DNA of 63,976 bases, the filler included, from Fonticula-like sp. SCN 57-25 (Eukaryota), in assembly GCA_001724245.1 (NCBI GenBank). It is 4 parts of 4 records of this genome, joined end to end, with 100 filler letters (N's around TTAATTAATTAA, not from the genome) between each part and the next. Parts side by side here need not be neighbours in the genome. Positions count along the whole stretch, not along the records: positions 1 to 15,914 come from MEDX01000132.1; 3 more parts are not named here. One strand, given 5' to 3'. Of this stretch, positions 1-12,800 are shown one piece after another. Numbering within the stretch: position 1 is the stretch's first letter; each line of letters opens with the position of its first letter. Under the pieces are notes generated by a model, which saw only the letters and a list, made by a program, of their open reading frames with translations, was not told the origin of the DNA and made no database searches. The position numbers and the translations under genes are program-made.

Positions 1-154
1 GTAACAGTTTTTGAAAAGTTTTTTGCGAAGATTTGAAAATCGCATGCGTTTAGGGTCTTTCCTTTTTCGTATAATTCCATTTTATGGGTCCCCACTCCCA
101 AATGGATGATTGCAAACTGCAATTTGGACATGAATGCAAACCGCAAACTGACTC

Positions 155-288
155 GCGCCAAAAATCTCAAAAATGGCGCCAAATGAAGGTGGCGGTTTGA
201 TTTGGCGGGATTATCGTTGCTAGGGTTTCGTCCCTTTTTGGCGCAAAAGAAAGACAGCGCAAGCTCGCAGCACACAAGCCTTTCCCGC
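155..288. promoter_or_regulatory. Cluster of E2F-type sites upstream of cyclin E
   Basis: GCGCCAAA (155-162, 176-183; reverse complement TTTGGCGC), TTTGGCGGGA (201-210), TTTGGCGC (237-244) and TTTCCCGC (281-288) match or nearly match TTTSSCGC. TTTGAA also occurs near positions 11 and 32. Confidence 0.65.
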
Positions 289-378
289 GCTAGGGTCGAC
301 ACGGAGGTCACTTTCCCTCGACGTCCCGACCCGCGTGCTGTTGTAGGGCCTACTGTGAGGAGCGTGTAGTCGGCCGCC

Positions 379-2177
379 ATGGAAGCGGTAATGCCGTGCG
401 TATCCCCCCCCCCGGCCTTCGATGGCATGGGCACTGACGATGCGATCTGTAATATAGAATGGAGGCGGGGTTGAATAGGTCGCGCAAGCGGAAGACGATT
501 CTTGCATGCAGCAGCAGCGACAACGTACGCTCCCGTGCCTGGCTGCGAATGCATGTGACTAAAGGGTACCCCCCTAGAATGAACCCATGGACCAAAAGGA
601 CAAGATGTCGGCAGAGCCCAAGTCGCCCTTAAGCAGGCCGTCGATACAGACCACCTTGGTACTGCCCTCTTTGCCTCTTTTGCCTGGTGCTCATCAGCGC
701 GTGCAGACGCCGAGCAAGTCGGGCGGCAAATCTGCCCCGGTGCTGCAGCTCGATCGGTCGCCGCCGGCTGTGCCGCAGGCGCCGCAGAAGGCCTCGCGGA
801 AGCGGGCGCGCACCACGGCACCGCAAAAGCTCCAGCAGTCTCTTTTGGAGCATCTCGACAAGGCCTCGAGGTCCGTGCCTGTGCTCGCGTGATCGTCCCG
901 CTAACCCAACGTTCAGTGCTCCTTCGACGATCAGCTTTGACGGAATTACAATTTCTATTCGCCAGATTGGCGAGACCCAGCCTGATATTACATTTGAACC
1001 CTCTGTTTCGCGGCCAGAATGCGCGGCCATTTATGCCGACGGCCAAGAGGACGAGCTGAGGGTATGGCTCAAGCGCATTTTGCGAGGATTGGCGACTGAC
1101 CGTGTTTGATGCAGAGCCAAATTGACCATGTTGAGCAGCACGTTTGGGATTATATGCTAGAATTGGAACCCTCGTTCATGCCGGCGGTCAACTTTTTGGA
1201 GCACCACCCGCAGATTTCCGAGCGGAACCGCTACATTCTCCTTGACTGGCTTCTCGAGGTGCGCTTTGCTGATTTTGCCTATTGCATCTTCTAAACATGT
1301 GCGTTTAGGTGTCGGAAGAACTGAATTTGCATCGCGAAACTTCCCATCTGGCAGTCAATTTGCTTGATCGTTACCTTTCGGCGACGAAAGATTTTCCCAA
1401 AGAGTACTTTCAGCTTCTTGGGGTATCGTCTCTGTTCATTGCGGCCAAGGTGGAAGAGATCTACTCGCCAAAGGTGCAGGAGTTTAGCGATGTCACGGAC
1501 GGCGCCTGCTTGGTCGAGGCGATCCACAAGATGGAGCTGAAGCTGCTTCCGACGCTGTCGTGGCGCCTCGCGGCCCCCACCGCTCAGTCGTTTGCCGGCC
1601 TCTTCCTCCAGAACGCCGCGCGGCTAACGCGGGAAGACCCCAGCGAGGGCACAATACACGCTGGCTCGCAGCTCGACTGCCCAATGTCCCGCTTGAAATA
1701 CTTTGTGGGGCCTCGCTACGAGACCGAGATTTTTATGGAGGTCATGAATCTGATTGACACGGCGATTCACCGCGCCGAGGTCTACCGCTTCCTGAACTCG
1801 ACCCTCGCGGCCGCCGCCGTGTTCACGGTGGTTCAAGCGCGTGGTGGCAACACGCCGGCGTTTGTCCACAATCTCGAGATGGCCTGCGGCCGCAAGATGC
1901 ACGAGATCAGCGACTGCATTGCCTGGATTTCCGCTTTCCGCGACTATCCGCTTCAGATTGCCGAGCAGATCCCTCGCTTTGTGGTACGAAGTGACCATCT
2001 TTTTATTCGCGTTTCTCACCCGATATGCAGCCTTCTATTGATCCGGGAGACATTCACAACATCCAGCGGCACAACTTTGCTTTGCTTCGCCACCTCGCTC
2101 TCGTCGACCGGAGCAATGCCTACCGCGCGCAAGGGAAATCCAAGGGTCCCGAAGAAAAATGTTTGCCAAATGTTTAA
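379..2177 (+). CDS. CCNE: G1/S cyclin E (7 exons; introns ~396-457, 525-577, 871-916, 1062-1114, 1259-1308, 1984-2030)
   Basis: Spliced model starts at GCCGCCATGG and reads MEAVMPMEAGLNRSRKRK... It contains the cyclin box (RYILLDWLLEV/LHRETSHLAVNLLDRYL/FQLLGVSSLFIAAKVEEIYSPK/DVTDGAC) and C-terminal DIHNIQRH (cf. DAHNIQTH of cyclin E). All junctions are GT-AG and keep frame. Confidence 0.85.
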
Positions 2178-2318
2178 TCACTATATTTGTACTTTTTCCT
2201 ATTCATTTGAATTATATTATTTAATGCTTCATATACAAGTCTCTCTTGAGCGCGACCAAACGCTGCATACGAGAAATAAGAGTACACTTCGTGGCAAGAT
2301 GCATGTCGATTAAGAATG

Positions 2319-2379
2319 GCAAGCGCTTTGACGGCGCAACATTGTCAAAGCGCTTGCGTTGCGCCGTCAAAGCGCTTGC
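2319..2379. repeat. Perfect 22-bp inverted repeat (hairpin) between convergent genes
   Basis: GCAAGCGCTTTGACGGCGCAAC (2319-2340) is the exact reverse complement of 2358-2379. The 17-nt loop holds a second copy of GTCAAAGCGCTTGC. Confidence 0.9.
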
Positions 2380-2396
2380 AATGCTCAATACCCGCG

Positions 2397-3006
2397 CTAG
2401 CTAGAGTCGGAATCCGAGTCCGAGTCGCTGCTCGGCGCGAGGAAGCCGACGAGGCAGTGGTCCAGCAAAAATCCATAGTTGACCCAGGCATGGGTGGAAA
2501 CTACGATGCAAGTCAGAACGCGCGCAATGTAAAGAGTTGACGCACTAAAAAGCCGCGTCGCGTCGCGCCCCGCGCAGCGCATCAGCTCGTCCACGCCGCC
2601 CGGATGAAACTTCAAGTAGGCGGTCAAGTTGTAGACCTTGCCGTACAACGCACACCAATAATCGTCCTTCTTATTATGCTTGGCGATCTGCTCCAATGTG
2701 TAGTGCCCAAGAGAAGTTACGCCCTAGCAATGCGCACACGGCGTGAGCGTCACTCTATGCACACCGAATAAGGCGTACACGCAGATCTGCGCCCGAATTC
2801 TTGAGCCGGATCCAGTCGACCTGCGAGTGCCCGGGCTCCAGAATAACCTTCTTGCGCTGCTTGCCGCCGGTCGTCGCGGCGCGCTGGGGGCCGCCCATCA
2901 TAGGAAACGACGCCTCCTGCGAGTCCACCTTTATTGTCGGCACCGAAGGCGGCCCCATGCTGCCGGCGCGGTCGACCGCCGCCGCGTCATCGTCACCAAA
3001 CGCCAT
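2397..3006 (-). CDS. Cytochrome b5 heme-binding domain protein (Irc21 / CYB5R4-N-terminus-like), spliced
   Basis: RKKVILEPGHSQVDWIRL motif, then KHNKKDDYWCALYGKVYNLTAYLKFHPGGVDELMRCAGRDATRLF and HAWVN. Two short introns. Confidence 0.85.
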
Positions 3007-3071
3007 TTGCGCGGCACACCGCACACCAACCTAGGATCAGTTTGCAGTTTGCACATTGAGTCGAGGACGAG

Positions 3072-4816
3072 ATGTCGGACGACGACGAGCGCGCCGATGG
3101 CGTCAGCGAGGCCGACATTCGGGACCGCCGCGCGCTGAAGCGCCAGCGGTACGATGAAATGGCGCGCAACTGCCCGTACTTGGACACGGTGCGGCGCGAC
3201 AGGCTAGACTTTGACTTTGAAAAGGTGTGCTCGGTGACGCTGAGCAACCAAAACGTGTACGCCTGCCTCGTTTGCGGCAAGAATCTTCAGGGTACGCACG
3301 CTGGCATCGACCATGCTGCAGGTGACTAAGCTGGTATGTGTTTAGGCCGCGGGCCGACGTCGGTGGCGTACCTGCACTCCATTCATGAGAGCCACCATGT
3401 ATTCGTAAACCTCGACACATCAAAGGTACCCCGCGACCGTTTTGCATGCCCGTTGCTCACCGCTGCTGCGCAGTTTTACTGCCTTCCCGATGACTATGAA
3501 ATTATTGACTCTTCTCTGGACGATATCAAGGTGCGCATACGTTTGTGCCGTTTGATGTGCTAACATGCGCGCAATGCCTGCAGCGCGTGCTGGAACCTCC
3601 GTTTTCGCCCGAGCAGATCGCCGCGCTCGACACGTCCAGGGCAGTGGCGCACGATCTCCGCGGCAAAGAGTATATTCCCGGTACGGTTTTTACTGTGCGC
3701 GCTGCTCTTTTGCTAACCGTGCGGACGCAGGCTTTGTTGGCCTGAACAACATCAAGGCGAATGACTATATCAACGCGGTCGTGCAGGCACTCGCGCACGT
3801 CGCCCCCCTTCGCAACTTTTTCCTGCGCAAGGAAAACTATGCTGCACGTGGCTCTCATCTTCTCGACACCTTTGGCGAGCTTGTGCGCAAGATTTGGAGC
3901 CCGTACGCCTTCAAGGGCCACGTTAGTCCCCAAAAGTTTGTCGAAGCAGTTTCGAACGCGAGCGGGCGGCGGTTCATCCCGACCAAGCAGGCCGACGCAA
4001 TTGACTTTTTGTCGTGGCTGCTGAACCAGCTTCACGTGGACCTGGCGGGGTCGCCGAAGCGCAAGAGCGTGATTCACCAAGTATTCCAGGGCTCGGTGTC
4101 GACGACAACGTCGCCGCTGCTGTCGACGGACCAGGACGTGGCCGACGCCGCTGCCGCGCAGGACGCGCTGTCGACCTCGTGGGACGCGCCGGCCGCCGGC
4201 ACGCAGCACCAGACGTCGCCGTTCCTCTTTTTGACGCTCGAGCTGCCCGCCGCGCCGCTCTTCCAGGACGACATGGAGAAGAACATTTTGCCGCAGGTGG
4301 CGCTTGTGCAGCTCTTTGGAAAGTTTGACGGCGAGTCGGTGCACATTGACACGCGCAAAAAGACGCAGCGCATGTATCGGCTTCAGTCGCTGCCAGACTA
4401 TTTGATTCTGGTAATCAAGCGGTTCTCGGCAAACACATTTACGGCAGAAAAGAACCCGACGGTCGTCAATTTCCTCATCAAGGACCTCGATATCCACCAA
4501 TGTGCGCGATAATGCCGAATTGTTTTTATTCTAATTGTGGATGTAGATTTGCCGGGAGATGTGCCCAAGGACAGCTACCACTACGACCTGGTGTCGAACG
4601 TGGTGCACGAAGGCGAGCCCGCCAAGGGAGCCTACAAGACGCACCTTGTCAACAAGGCACGATATTCACACTGCGTGGAAATATAAGCTAACTCGCGTGG
4701 GTTGATAGGCATCGGACCAGTGGTTCGAGGTGCAGGACCTCTTTGTCGAGCAAAAGACGCCGCAAATGATCTTTTTGTCCGAGTCGTGTATTCAGATCTG
4801 GGAGAGGAAGAGGTGA
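3072..4816 (+). CDS. USP39: U4/U6.U5 tri-snRNP-associated protein 2 (Sad1/USP39), 7 exons
   Basis: CPYLDTVRRDRLDFDFEKVCSVTLSNQNVYACLVCGK ZnF-UBP, GFVGLNNIKANDYINAV, EKNPTVVNF and QMIFLSESCIQIWER. The last intron (4657-4708) is GC-AG. Confidence 0.95.
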
Positions 4817-4869
4817 GGTGGCGAAAAAAGCTTTGTTACTATAATACAAATTGTTTGTTTGTCTACTGC

Positions 4870-6705
4870 TTAGGCGGATGCCTGAATTGCGGCCAGCCGG
4901 CTGTTTAGCTCCTGCAGCGTGCGGTCCATCTCCATCTCTATCATGGCGGGGTCGCTCTGCGCGGGCATGGCCGGCACCCACCTCAGATAATAGTCGCTCC
5001 ACAGGCGCATCCACTTGAGCGACGTGGCGGGGCGCAGCAGCGCGTCCGTCGCGACGTACGACGGGTTTGTGAATCGGCTCTTGTTCTTGCTCGAGAGGAC
5101 GTATGCCCAGATAGAAACCGTCTTTTCGCGCACGTTGGCCTGCGCGCGCGCGCTCTCGGTGGTGAACAAAAAGTTGCCAAAACGGCAGGCGTATACTTCG
5201 TCGGCCAGCAGTGCAAGCAGCAGCTTGTTAAACTCGAATGCAGCGGGGAACTGCTCGATGAGCTGGAAGAGCACGTCGAGGAACTGGATAAAGATGGGCG
5301 ACCTCTCGTTCTCCTTTGTCTCCTTGGAAGCGACGAGGCCGTGGCCGATGCGCAGCGCAAACATGTGCCCGCTGAGCACCCACTCGCGCTCAATGAGCAC
5401 CGCGAGACCCTCGAGCGTGCGGTAGTACGGGTCGATCAGCAGCATCGCGAGGGATGTGAGCTGCGACGAGCGGTCCCAGCCGTCGCTGCAGTGCACAAAC
5501 ACGGGGCTTCCCTTGGCGACCAGCTCGGCCACCTGCAGCGCGCCTGAGACAACAAGGCGCACGTGGTGGAGCCAGTGCGACGCGTCGAGCTGGCGGTACC
5601 ACGTGGGGTCGACGGCGGCGTGCGGGTCGGCCGCGTCCTTGGCGTCTTCCGCAACCAGCGGGAAGCACGCGTCGCGCAGCTGACGCAGCGAACTCCGCAT
5701 CACGTGAATGTTGTGAATATCCATAAAAACAATGTCGGTGGACTCGTAATTCGTAGTGTCTTCAAAGCCGCCGCCTCGCGCGGCGTTTGCGATCGCGTTC
5801 ACCTTTGGCCGCGCGTCAATGATGTAGAGCGTCGTCGGGGACGCCGAGCGGGCCAGCGGCTCGATGTGCGATGTGGCGCCGTCCGGGCCGACGCTGCGCA
5901 TCGCAGGCACCTCCGTCTTTGCGTTGACGGTCGCAAGCCGGACGGCGTTAAGCATTTCTTCGTCGGCGGTGCTCGTGCGGCGCATGGCCCCGACCAGCGG
6001 CTGGCTAGCGCGCGAAATGGCCGCGCCGTTCTTGTGAAGGTATGAAAGAATGGGAAGGCGCGCTTTGGAGCGGTATTGCGCGCAAGCCAAGATTTGCTCG
6101 TCCGTCCGCTCCGCAGGGACGGCGAGGTACGCGCCGTACGACGGGCAAAGCGAAAACTCCTTGTTGGCTTCGGTGATGCGCCACGCGCTGCTGCTCGAGA
6201 CACCGAGGCGATCGAGATCGGCACGCGGATCAGAATACTTCCATCCGTCGATATCAAACTTTTCTCGATAGAGAAAGGCCGGCAGAGTCCCTCCGTACGA
6301 AAGCGGAAAGGCCAGAGCCGACAGGGCATCGGCAAAGCCCTGCGCGTCCGAACCTACTCCAAGGACGTGATCGCGAAAGTCGTGGCAGGCCACGTGCACC
6401 GCGTCCTCATTGACAGTGACGCGGTGAATGAGGCCAAGGCGCAACTCGAAACCGGAAATGTCGTCGAGATCGCCCACAAAGCTGCCGCGGCTGCGCCAGT
6501 CAAACTTGGGCGCAGCGGAGGCCGATCGGATAAACATGAGCTTAAAGTTGGTCAGGTGAATAGAGCCCGACTCGCGGCCGTTAAAGGGGCAGTGGTGTAC
6601 CGCGGTCTCCCAGGCGCGCACGTACTTTTCGCCGGAAACGAGCGGAAACGGACACTCCAGCATCGGCGAAAGCTCGGTGGCCGCAGCCGCATCGTCCGCC
6701 GCCAT
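4870..6705 (-). CDS. Myotubularin-related phosphoinositide 3-phosphatase (active, MTM1/MTMR1/2-like)
   Basis: Intronless ORF with PH-GRAM-like N-terminus, RASQPLVG, DARPKVNAIAN, NIHVMRSSL, catalytic VHCSDGWDR and SPIFIQFLD. Confidence 0.92.
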   Translation of the reverse strand: MAADDAAAATELSPMLECPFPLVSGEKYVRAWETAVHHCPFNGRESGSIHLTNFKLMFIRSASAAPKFDWRSRGSFVGDLDDISGFELRLGLIHRVTVNEDAVHVACHDFRDHVLGVGSDAQGFADALSALAFPLSYGGTLPAFLYREKFDIDGWKYSDPRADLDRLGVSSSSAWRITEANKEFSLCPSYGAYLAVPAERTDEQILACAQYRSKARLPILSYLHKNGAAISRASQPLVGAMRRTSTADEEMLNAVRLATVNAKTEVPAMRSVGPDGATSHIEPLARSASPTTLYIIDARPKVNAIANAARGGGFEDTTNYESTDIVFMDIHNIHVMRSSLRQLRDACFPLVAEDAKDAADPHAAVDPTWYRQLDASHWLHHVRLVVSGALQVAELVAKGSPVFVHCSDGWDRSSQLTSLAMLLIDPYYRTLEGLAVLIEREWVLSGHMFALRIGHGLVASKETKENERSPIFIQFLDVLFQLIEQFPAAFEFNKLLLALLADEVYACRFGNFLFTTESARAQANVREKTVSIWAYVLSSKNKSRFTNPSYVATDALLRPATSLKWMRLWSDYYLRWVPAMPAQSDPAMIEMEMDRTLQELNSRLAAIQASA

Positions 6706-6809
6706 CGCAGAATCGGTATCTTCAAGTCTGGGGTAAATTCCTCTCGATCTGGGGTGGACTATTCTCAAGTCTGGGGTGGATTCTCACGTTTGTTGGTTTG
6801 TGGCTCTCC

Positions 6810-9800
6810 ATGTCGGCAGGGACCTCGGCCGCGGTGATCCTGCGGCCATGGGAAGGGCCCACGGCCGCGCACCTAGCAGGGCGTCCTCGCCCATGGCTTG
6901 GTTCGTGGATATCTCCCGATAGAGGGCTAATAGCCTGCATCGACGCGTCCGGCGGACTCCATTTTACGACGCCAGCATCGGCGCGCCGCTTCGCTCCGGC
7001 CATGTTGCGCGAGACGCGGTTCCGCGACGGCGCGTGGTTTGCGCTTGACGGCGGCCCTCACTATGCCTTTGCGTCACTGACAGAGTCGAACGACTTGTTT
7101 TTGTTTGAGTTTCATGGGCGGTCCGACGAGGCGCTCGCATCCGTCGGAGGGACGGACCCCACTGAGATCGCGGCCGAGCGAGGCGCTGACGGCGTGTCGT
7201 TTAACGTACAAGCGCTGCCAGGGTCGAGGTACTATTACGCACGCGTGACGGCAAGCGAGTTTGCTCCGGAAGCCGCGCAGTCGAAATCGCTGCTCTCGAC
7301 TGTTGGAGCAACTGCCAATGGCACCATGATTATGCGCCTTGGCGACACAAATACTTTCTATGCGATGAGCCTGTCGAGAAACGCAGACTCTTCAGTGACC
7401 TCTCTTTCTTTCAAGCCGAGTGATATTTCTAGCGCGATTTCGTCTTTGGAACCGGACACTGCTCTTGTTGATATTGCCATGGCGGTCGACTGCTTGTTCT
7501 GCCTCACCGAATCTGGCATGCTTCGTACGCCGTTGAAGCATAGTCCTTTTCGCTCAACTCACACATAATACCATAGATATTTTCACCGCTGAGCTATATG
7601 TAGTATCGACGGTAAATCTGCTCTTGCTTCTCAAGGACGACGGCTGTACGCACCAAAGCCTGCCCCTTCCACGAAACTAACTTTCTCTCCTCGTTGTAGT
7701 GCCGCTGGCCCCCTCTGAGCGGCTCGAGCAGCTCTGCCCCGGCCTTCATGGCGACTATGTCAGCCTCTTGACGTCGGAAGGGCGCGTCGTTCGCGTTGAT
7801 ATTCTTCGCCTGTACGAGCGCTGGCCCGCCGCGTCGATGTTGCACGTCCGTCTGGCCCGCCGTGGCGCCGTGCCCGTGCCGCCGCCGATGCCCCTTGAGA
7901 CGCCCGTTCCTGGTGAATCCCCCGTCACCCCCGGGCCTGTCGGCAAGGTGTCCTATAGCGGTCTCGAGTCCCGCGCTGCCTTTTTTCGCGGCGACGATGT
8001 GTCGCAGGCGGCGTCGCCCGTCATGTCGGACGACGACGTGGAGGAGGAAATGCAGGCCGAGCTCAATGACGACGAGGACGACATGGCGGCGGCGAGCGCG
8101 GCCGACGAGTTCACGTCGGCGTCGGCCTCGCGGTGGGCCTTTGACTTGAGGCCACATAGCGTCATCGCGGCTGAGAAGCGCGCGGCACCGCCCGCCACGC
8201 TGCTGCCGCTCGTCCCCGTGTCGACGACAAGCAAGGTGGCGGCCCGCGTTATGCGCGTTGCCACCCGCAGCCGACTGGCCACGCGGAGAGCACTGGAGGC
8301 GCTGGAAGGGCGCGTGACGCCTCGCAGGCCGTGGCTGCCGGCGTCCGAGTTTCAGCAGCAGCAGCAAAAGGCGCAGAGCAACTTTAAGCCGCGCGCTGCT
8401 GCGGAAAGCACCACCTCCGAGTTGCCGCTCTTTGTGATTGGGTCGCTTTCGGGTGTTGATGTGGGCAGCGCGCGCCTTGTTTGGTGCGACGCCAACTGCG
8501 TCATTGTCCGCGCGTGCAAGGACGACGGCGCGCCCCCGCAGCTGTTTTACGCTACGTTTGAAAAGGACGTGCTCCACTCGTGCGAGCCGCTCTCTGCCGA
8601 CGCGCACCTGCTTGTTTCCCCTGCCGGCGGCGTTCCCGCATACGGTGTCTACTTGATCACGCCGGCGCATTTGGGCGCCTTTTTCCCGCTGTTTACGCAG
8701 CAGGCGCTCCTGAGCAACGTGATTGTCTTTGAGCAGGACGTTGCCGACGAGCTTTGCCATTCGAACGGATGGGACCGCCGTCAGCTCGCCATGCAGGCGC
8801 TGGAGCTCGGGCTTACGCACCGGCAACTGGACGTTGTGGCGGAAGCGCTGGCAGGTCTGCAGCCGGACCAGCACCTCTCAGCGGGCATTTTGGTCCTGCG
8901 CGCCCTGTGGAAGGCGCACGTAACGTCGGCGTCCAGCGCGGCTGCCACGGGCAGCAGCAAGGCGCCCGACGTCAAGGCGACGGCCATTGCTGTTGCCAAG
9001 GCGGCCGCCGAGGCGCCGCTTGCCGCCCTGGATCCGGCGGCTGTGAGATACGCACCCGCCGGCCACACCGAGTACACGGCGCAGCTTGTGCACCTTGCTC
9101 TTGCTTTCCTCACCGGCGTTCTGCGCAGCAAGCTTCAGGCGGCCATTAATGCGGGCGACACGGCGATCGCCGCTGAAGTCGCCGAGGCGCTGCTCGGCGC
9201 GCAAGGCCGCCTTCCTGATCAGATTATGAAGGAGGACGGGCCTGTTGGCCTGGCGCCCTCGGACGTGAGCACACTGCTGGGCGTCGATGAGGGCGAGCGC
9301 GTGCCCGTGGCCAAGGACATTGGCTGGTTTGCCGCGCTGCTTTCCTCGATTCGGTGGTATCTCCTTCTCACCGGCGTGCGGAAGCGCGTTGCGGTCAAGG
9401 ACGTTGAAGCCGCCGACGGCGACGACTCTGCTTCCTCTTCCTATACGGAGCGCGAGCGGCTCCGCACGTCGTCTGCCGCCCCGTCGGCGCTGTCGACCAA
9501 GGATGACCCGCTGGACGGCGCCTCGCAGCGCTTGCTGCAGAGCTGGTCGAATTTGAGCAACATTCTCGTCATTGAGAACGCGCTTCGGCGCGGGTGTCTG
9601 TCACTGGCGCTCGGCTACCTCAAGCGCGACCACCCGGCCGTATCGTCCGCGACGCTCAGCGAGATCCGCGGTCTGTCGTCGCAGATTATTTTCCGCGCGC
9701 TGTGCGAGCAGCAGGCGGCCGAGGCGGTCGAAATGCTGCGGAATATCGGCGCAGATCCCTGCGAGTCGCTGCGCGAAGCCGTTTTGTACACTACGGATGC

Positions 9801-12800
9801 GCGCCTGCGCTCGTTCCTGCTGTCTGCGGGTGGCAGTGATATTGGCGGCAGTGAGGTCGTCCAGGCCCTCGCGGACCTGCGCGAGTGCGCCGAAGGCTTC
9901 CTTGCTCAGGTCGAATCAACGCTCACTGCGCGCGAGTTTTCGACCGAGCAGTCCCGCTTGGCGGAAGCAGGCGCTGTGCGCCATGGCCGCTACATGACGA
10001 TGCGCGCGATTGCGCACAGCGGTCGCATCACGTCGCTGGAATCGGACGTAAAGGACGTGGAAGATGGCAGTGAAGTGGCGGCTGTTCCGTCTCGCAAGCC
10101 GTCGCTGCCCGCTGCGTCGATGTCGGCCGCCGCCTTGCCGGTCAGCAAGTACTTTCAGTCGCCGCTGCAGTGGGTTCTCGCCGTCAGCGTCTTTGTACGC
10201 GAGCGAATCATGGCAGAGGCGAGCGGCTTCCGCGATACCGACTGGTCCGCGGCGGACAAGGACGCCGTCCGCGCGCGCTGGCAGTTTGCAATCTCACGCG
10301 CCTTTGTGTCGGACATGGAACAATGGCTTCCGACACTGTTAAAGTCGCATGCGACGGGCGGTGCGCCGCTTCCACCAAATATGCTGGACGACCTCGCGCA
10401 GTTTGCGCCGCCGTTTGTGCAGGCTGTCGCAACGTCCATCGCCTTTGCGTGCGGCGCGGGCCCCGGGCCCGACTCGGCTGGCAAGCTCAAAGACGTGGTT
10501 AGGTTACTCGCTCGCTCCCAGCGGCTGTTCCGCCCGACCGCGCCCCTTTGGAGCGGCGCGTCGGGTCTTGCCGAAGTGACGTCTTTCGTGTCCGCCTTTG
10601 CCGCCAAGCACGGCCTCCAGCGCGTCCTGCTTGACTTTTTGAGTTACTCGGACGCCGACATTAGCGATGCCAACGACCTGCTGGACACGCTCGTTCGCAG
10701 CGATGCCGCCGTCCGCGAAACCCAATGGCTCGAGATGGTCCTGCGGTTCCGCGCACTCGCCCGCGACCGCAGCGACGCGTCGCTCGCGCGCCTTGCTATC
10801 GCGAGCCTGCGCGTCACGCTCGACGAGCAACATGCGGCCACGCAGGTGTCGCCAGGTGCCCGCTTGTCGACAGCGATCGCGCGGAATCGGCCTCTGCTGG
10901 TCGTCGGGACGCTGATGCTCGCCGGTGTGGCGATCCGCGACGCCGTCCTGAACGAGGCGGCAGTCCCGAAGGAGTGGACGCTGTCGGCCGGAAAGCGGCT
11001 GCACCAGGCGCTCAGCGCGTACCCGCTGATCCAGGCCGCGTTCCGCCTCGACGCTGCATCCGGCAGGACGGCCCAGGCCGACGAGGCGCGCAGGTCGATC
11101 GTCAAAGTGGCGTCGCAGAGCCTTCTCTGGGCCGACATTGGCCGCGCGGCGAGCGTCACGGACTTTGGCAAGGACGACGAAGGATTCGACGCTCTGTCGC
11201 GGCGCATTCTCGGCGATGGCGCGGCCTCTTTGGACGCCGAGTCGTCCACCAAGCTGGACGCACCGTACTACCTGGAGCGCGGTCAGCCGCTCAAGGCATT
11301 TGAGGCGGCCCGGGAGACGGGCGAGCTGCTCTCTTCCGCCGCTCTCCAGGTGGAGACGGCTGTGCGCGTTGCCGTCTTGCGATTGGGCGACGCGGCCGTG
11401 AGCGCCGCTTGCATTGCCTTTTTGGATATCTGCGGGCTGCACGACGCGGCGCACGCGCTCTCGGTCAACCTTGCGGTCGCCAGGCGCATCGCCGGCCACC
11501 GCGCTCGCAGTCAGGCCGGTGCCGACGGCGGCAGGGCCACGATTACTTTTGGCGACGCGGACGAGAGCCCGCTGGACGGCGACATTGCACTGCTCGTCGT
11601 TGATCTCGAGCAACACGCCCACAGCAAGATGGACCGCTCGATGTGGCTGTCGCTCAAGGGCGTCTGCCAGGGCCGCGTGGCGGCCGCCGGCGCACTCGAC
11701 CTCGTTGTCCGCAGCGTCTTTGCCGAACTCGAGTCCGCCACGCTGTGGGCCGCGCCCGGCGACCGCGCTCGCTCAGCAGGTCCGGCCGCGTGGCGCGCGT
11801 GGGATCTCGTCATTGAGTTTGCGCGCATCCACAAGCTGCCGCCGAGTGCAATGATGCTCCGCTACGGCGTGTCATCGGGCGACGTCATGATGCTGCTTTC
11901 GCTGGCCGAGCGCGCGGGCGTTTCCGTTCCTGCACTGCACCAGCTTATTTCGGACGACTTTACTGCCTCGCAGGCGGCGAGCGAGCACATGCGCGCCGCT
12001 TTGGAGTCGCTTATGGAGCCGCCGTCGGGTCGCGCAGGCGAGGCGCCAGCGTTGGGCGCCCGCTCGATGCAAGTGCCGATGCCGCCCGTGCCTCCGTCCG
12101 AGAGTCTCTTTGACGTTTACTTTGCGTGCCAACGCACGGCCGACCCCGCTCGCTCGCTGCTTATGGCGTCCATCCAGCGGGGCCGCCCCATTTTCGCTGT
12201 CCTCGCCACCACAGTGACGGGCAAGGCGGCACCACAGCCGTCGCTGGAAGAGTGCATTGCGGCCTACCTGCTCGCAGCTGCGCCTCGCCATGTGGGCGAT
12301 GATTATGCCTGGAATGGCGCGCTCGTTAGCGGCCAGACAGTAGAGTGGCGCGTGTGGACCCTCGAGGATGTTGCCTCTGTTCTACTGTCGCTGCTCTCTG
12401 CGCGTCAGTTTAACGTTGTTCTTGCGGCGCTGGCGGTCTTTGACGCGTCAAACCCCCTTGTTCACCTCGTGCGTTTTGCCGATCGCATGGCGGCCTCCGA
12501 CATGAGCTCAATGGACGAACACCTTGGTCGCTTTGTGTCGTCGCTCGCAGCGGACGGCGCTGATGATCAGTTTGCGCTGGGCGATGCCGCGTGGCTTCGT
12601 CGCTTTTCCGAGGCGGCCATTGACGAACTGCTTGCGCAGTGCCCGTCGGCGTTTGAGCGCGGCTGCCTTCTTCGCTGCCTCGTTGCCCAAAAGCTGGACC
12701 CGCCTCGGTTTTCGCGTTTGCTGCTTTTGCACTCGCTCGTCGAAGAGGCCGAGCTGGCCACGCCGCTCACGACGCCGCCCGAGCAGCTCCTCGAGCTCCT

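Noticed and set aside
379..478. Out-of-frame uORF in the cyclin E leader
   Set aside because: Using the GTGCGT donor at 396 and the TAG acceptor at 457 puts ATG 379 in frame with the cyclin, so it is more simply the true start.
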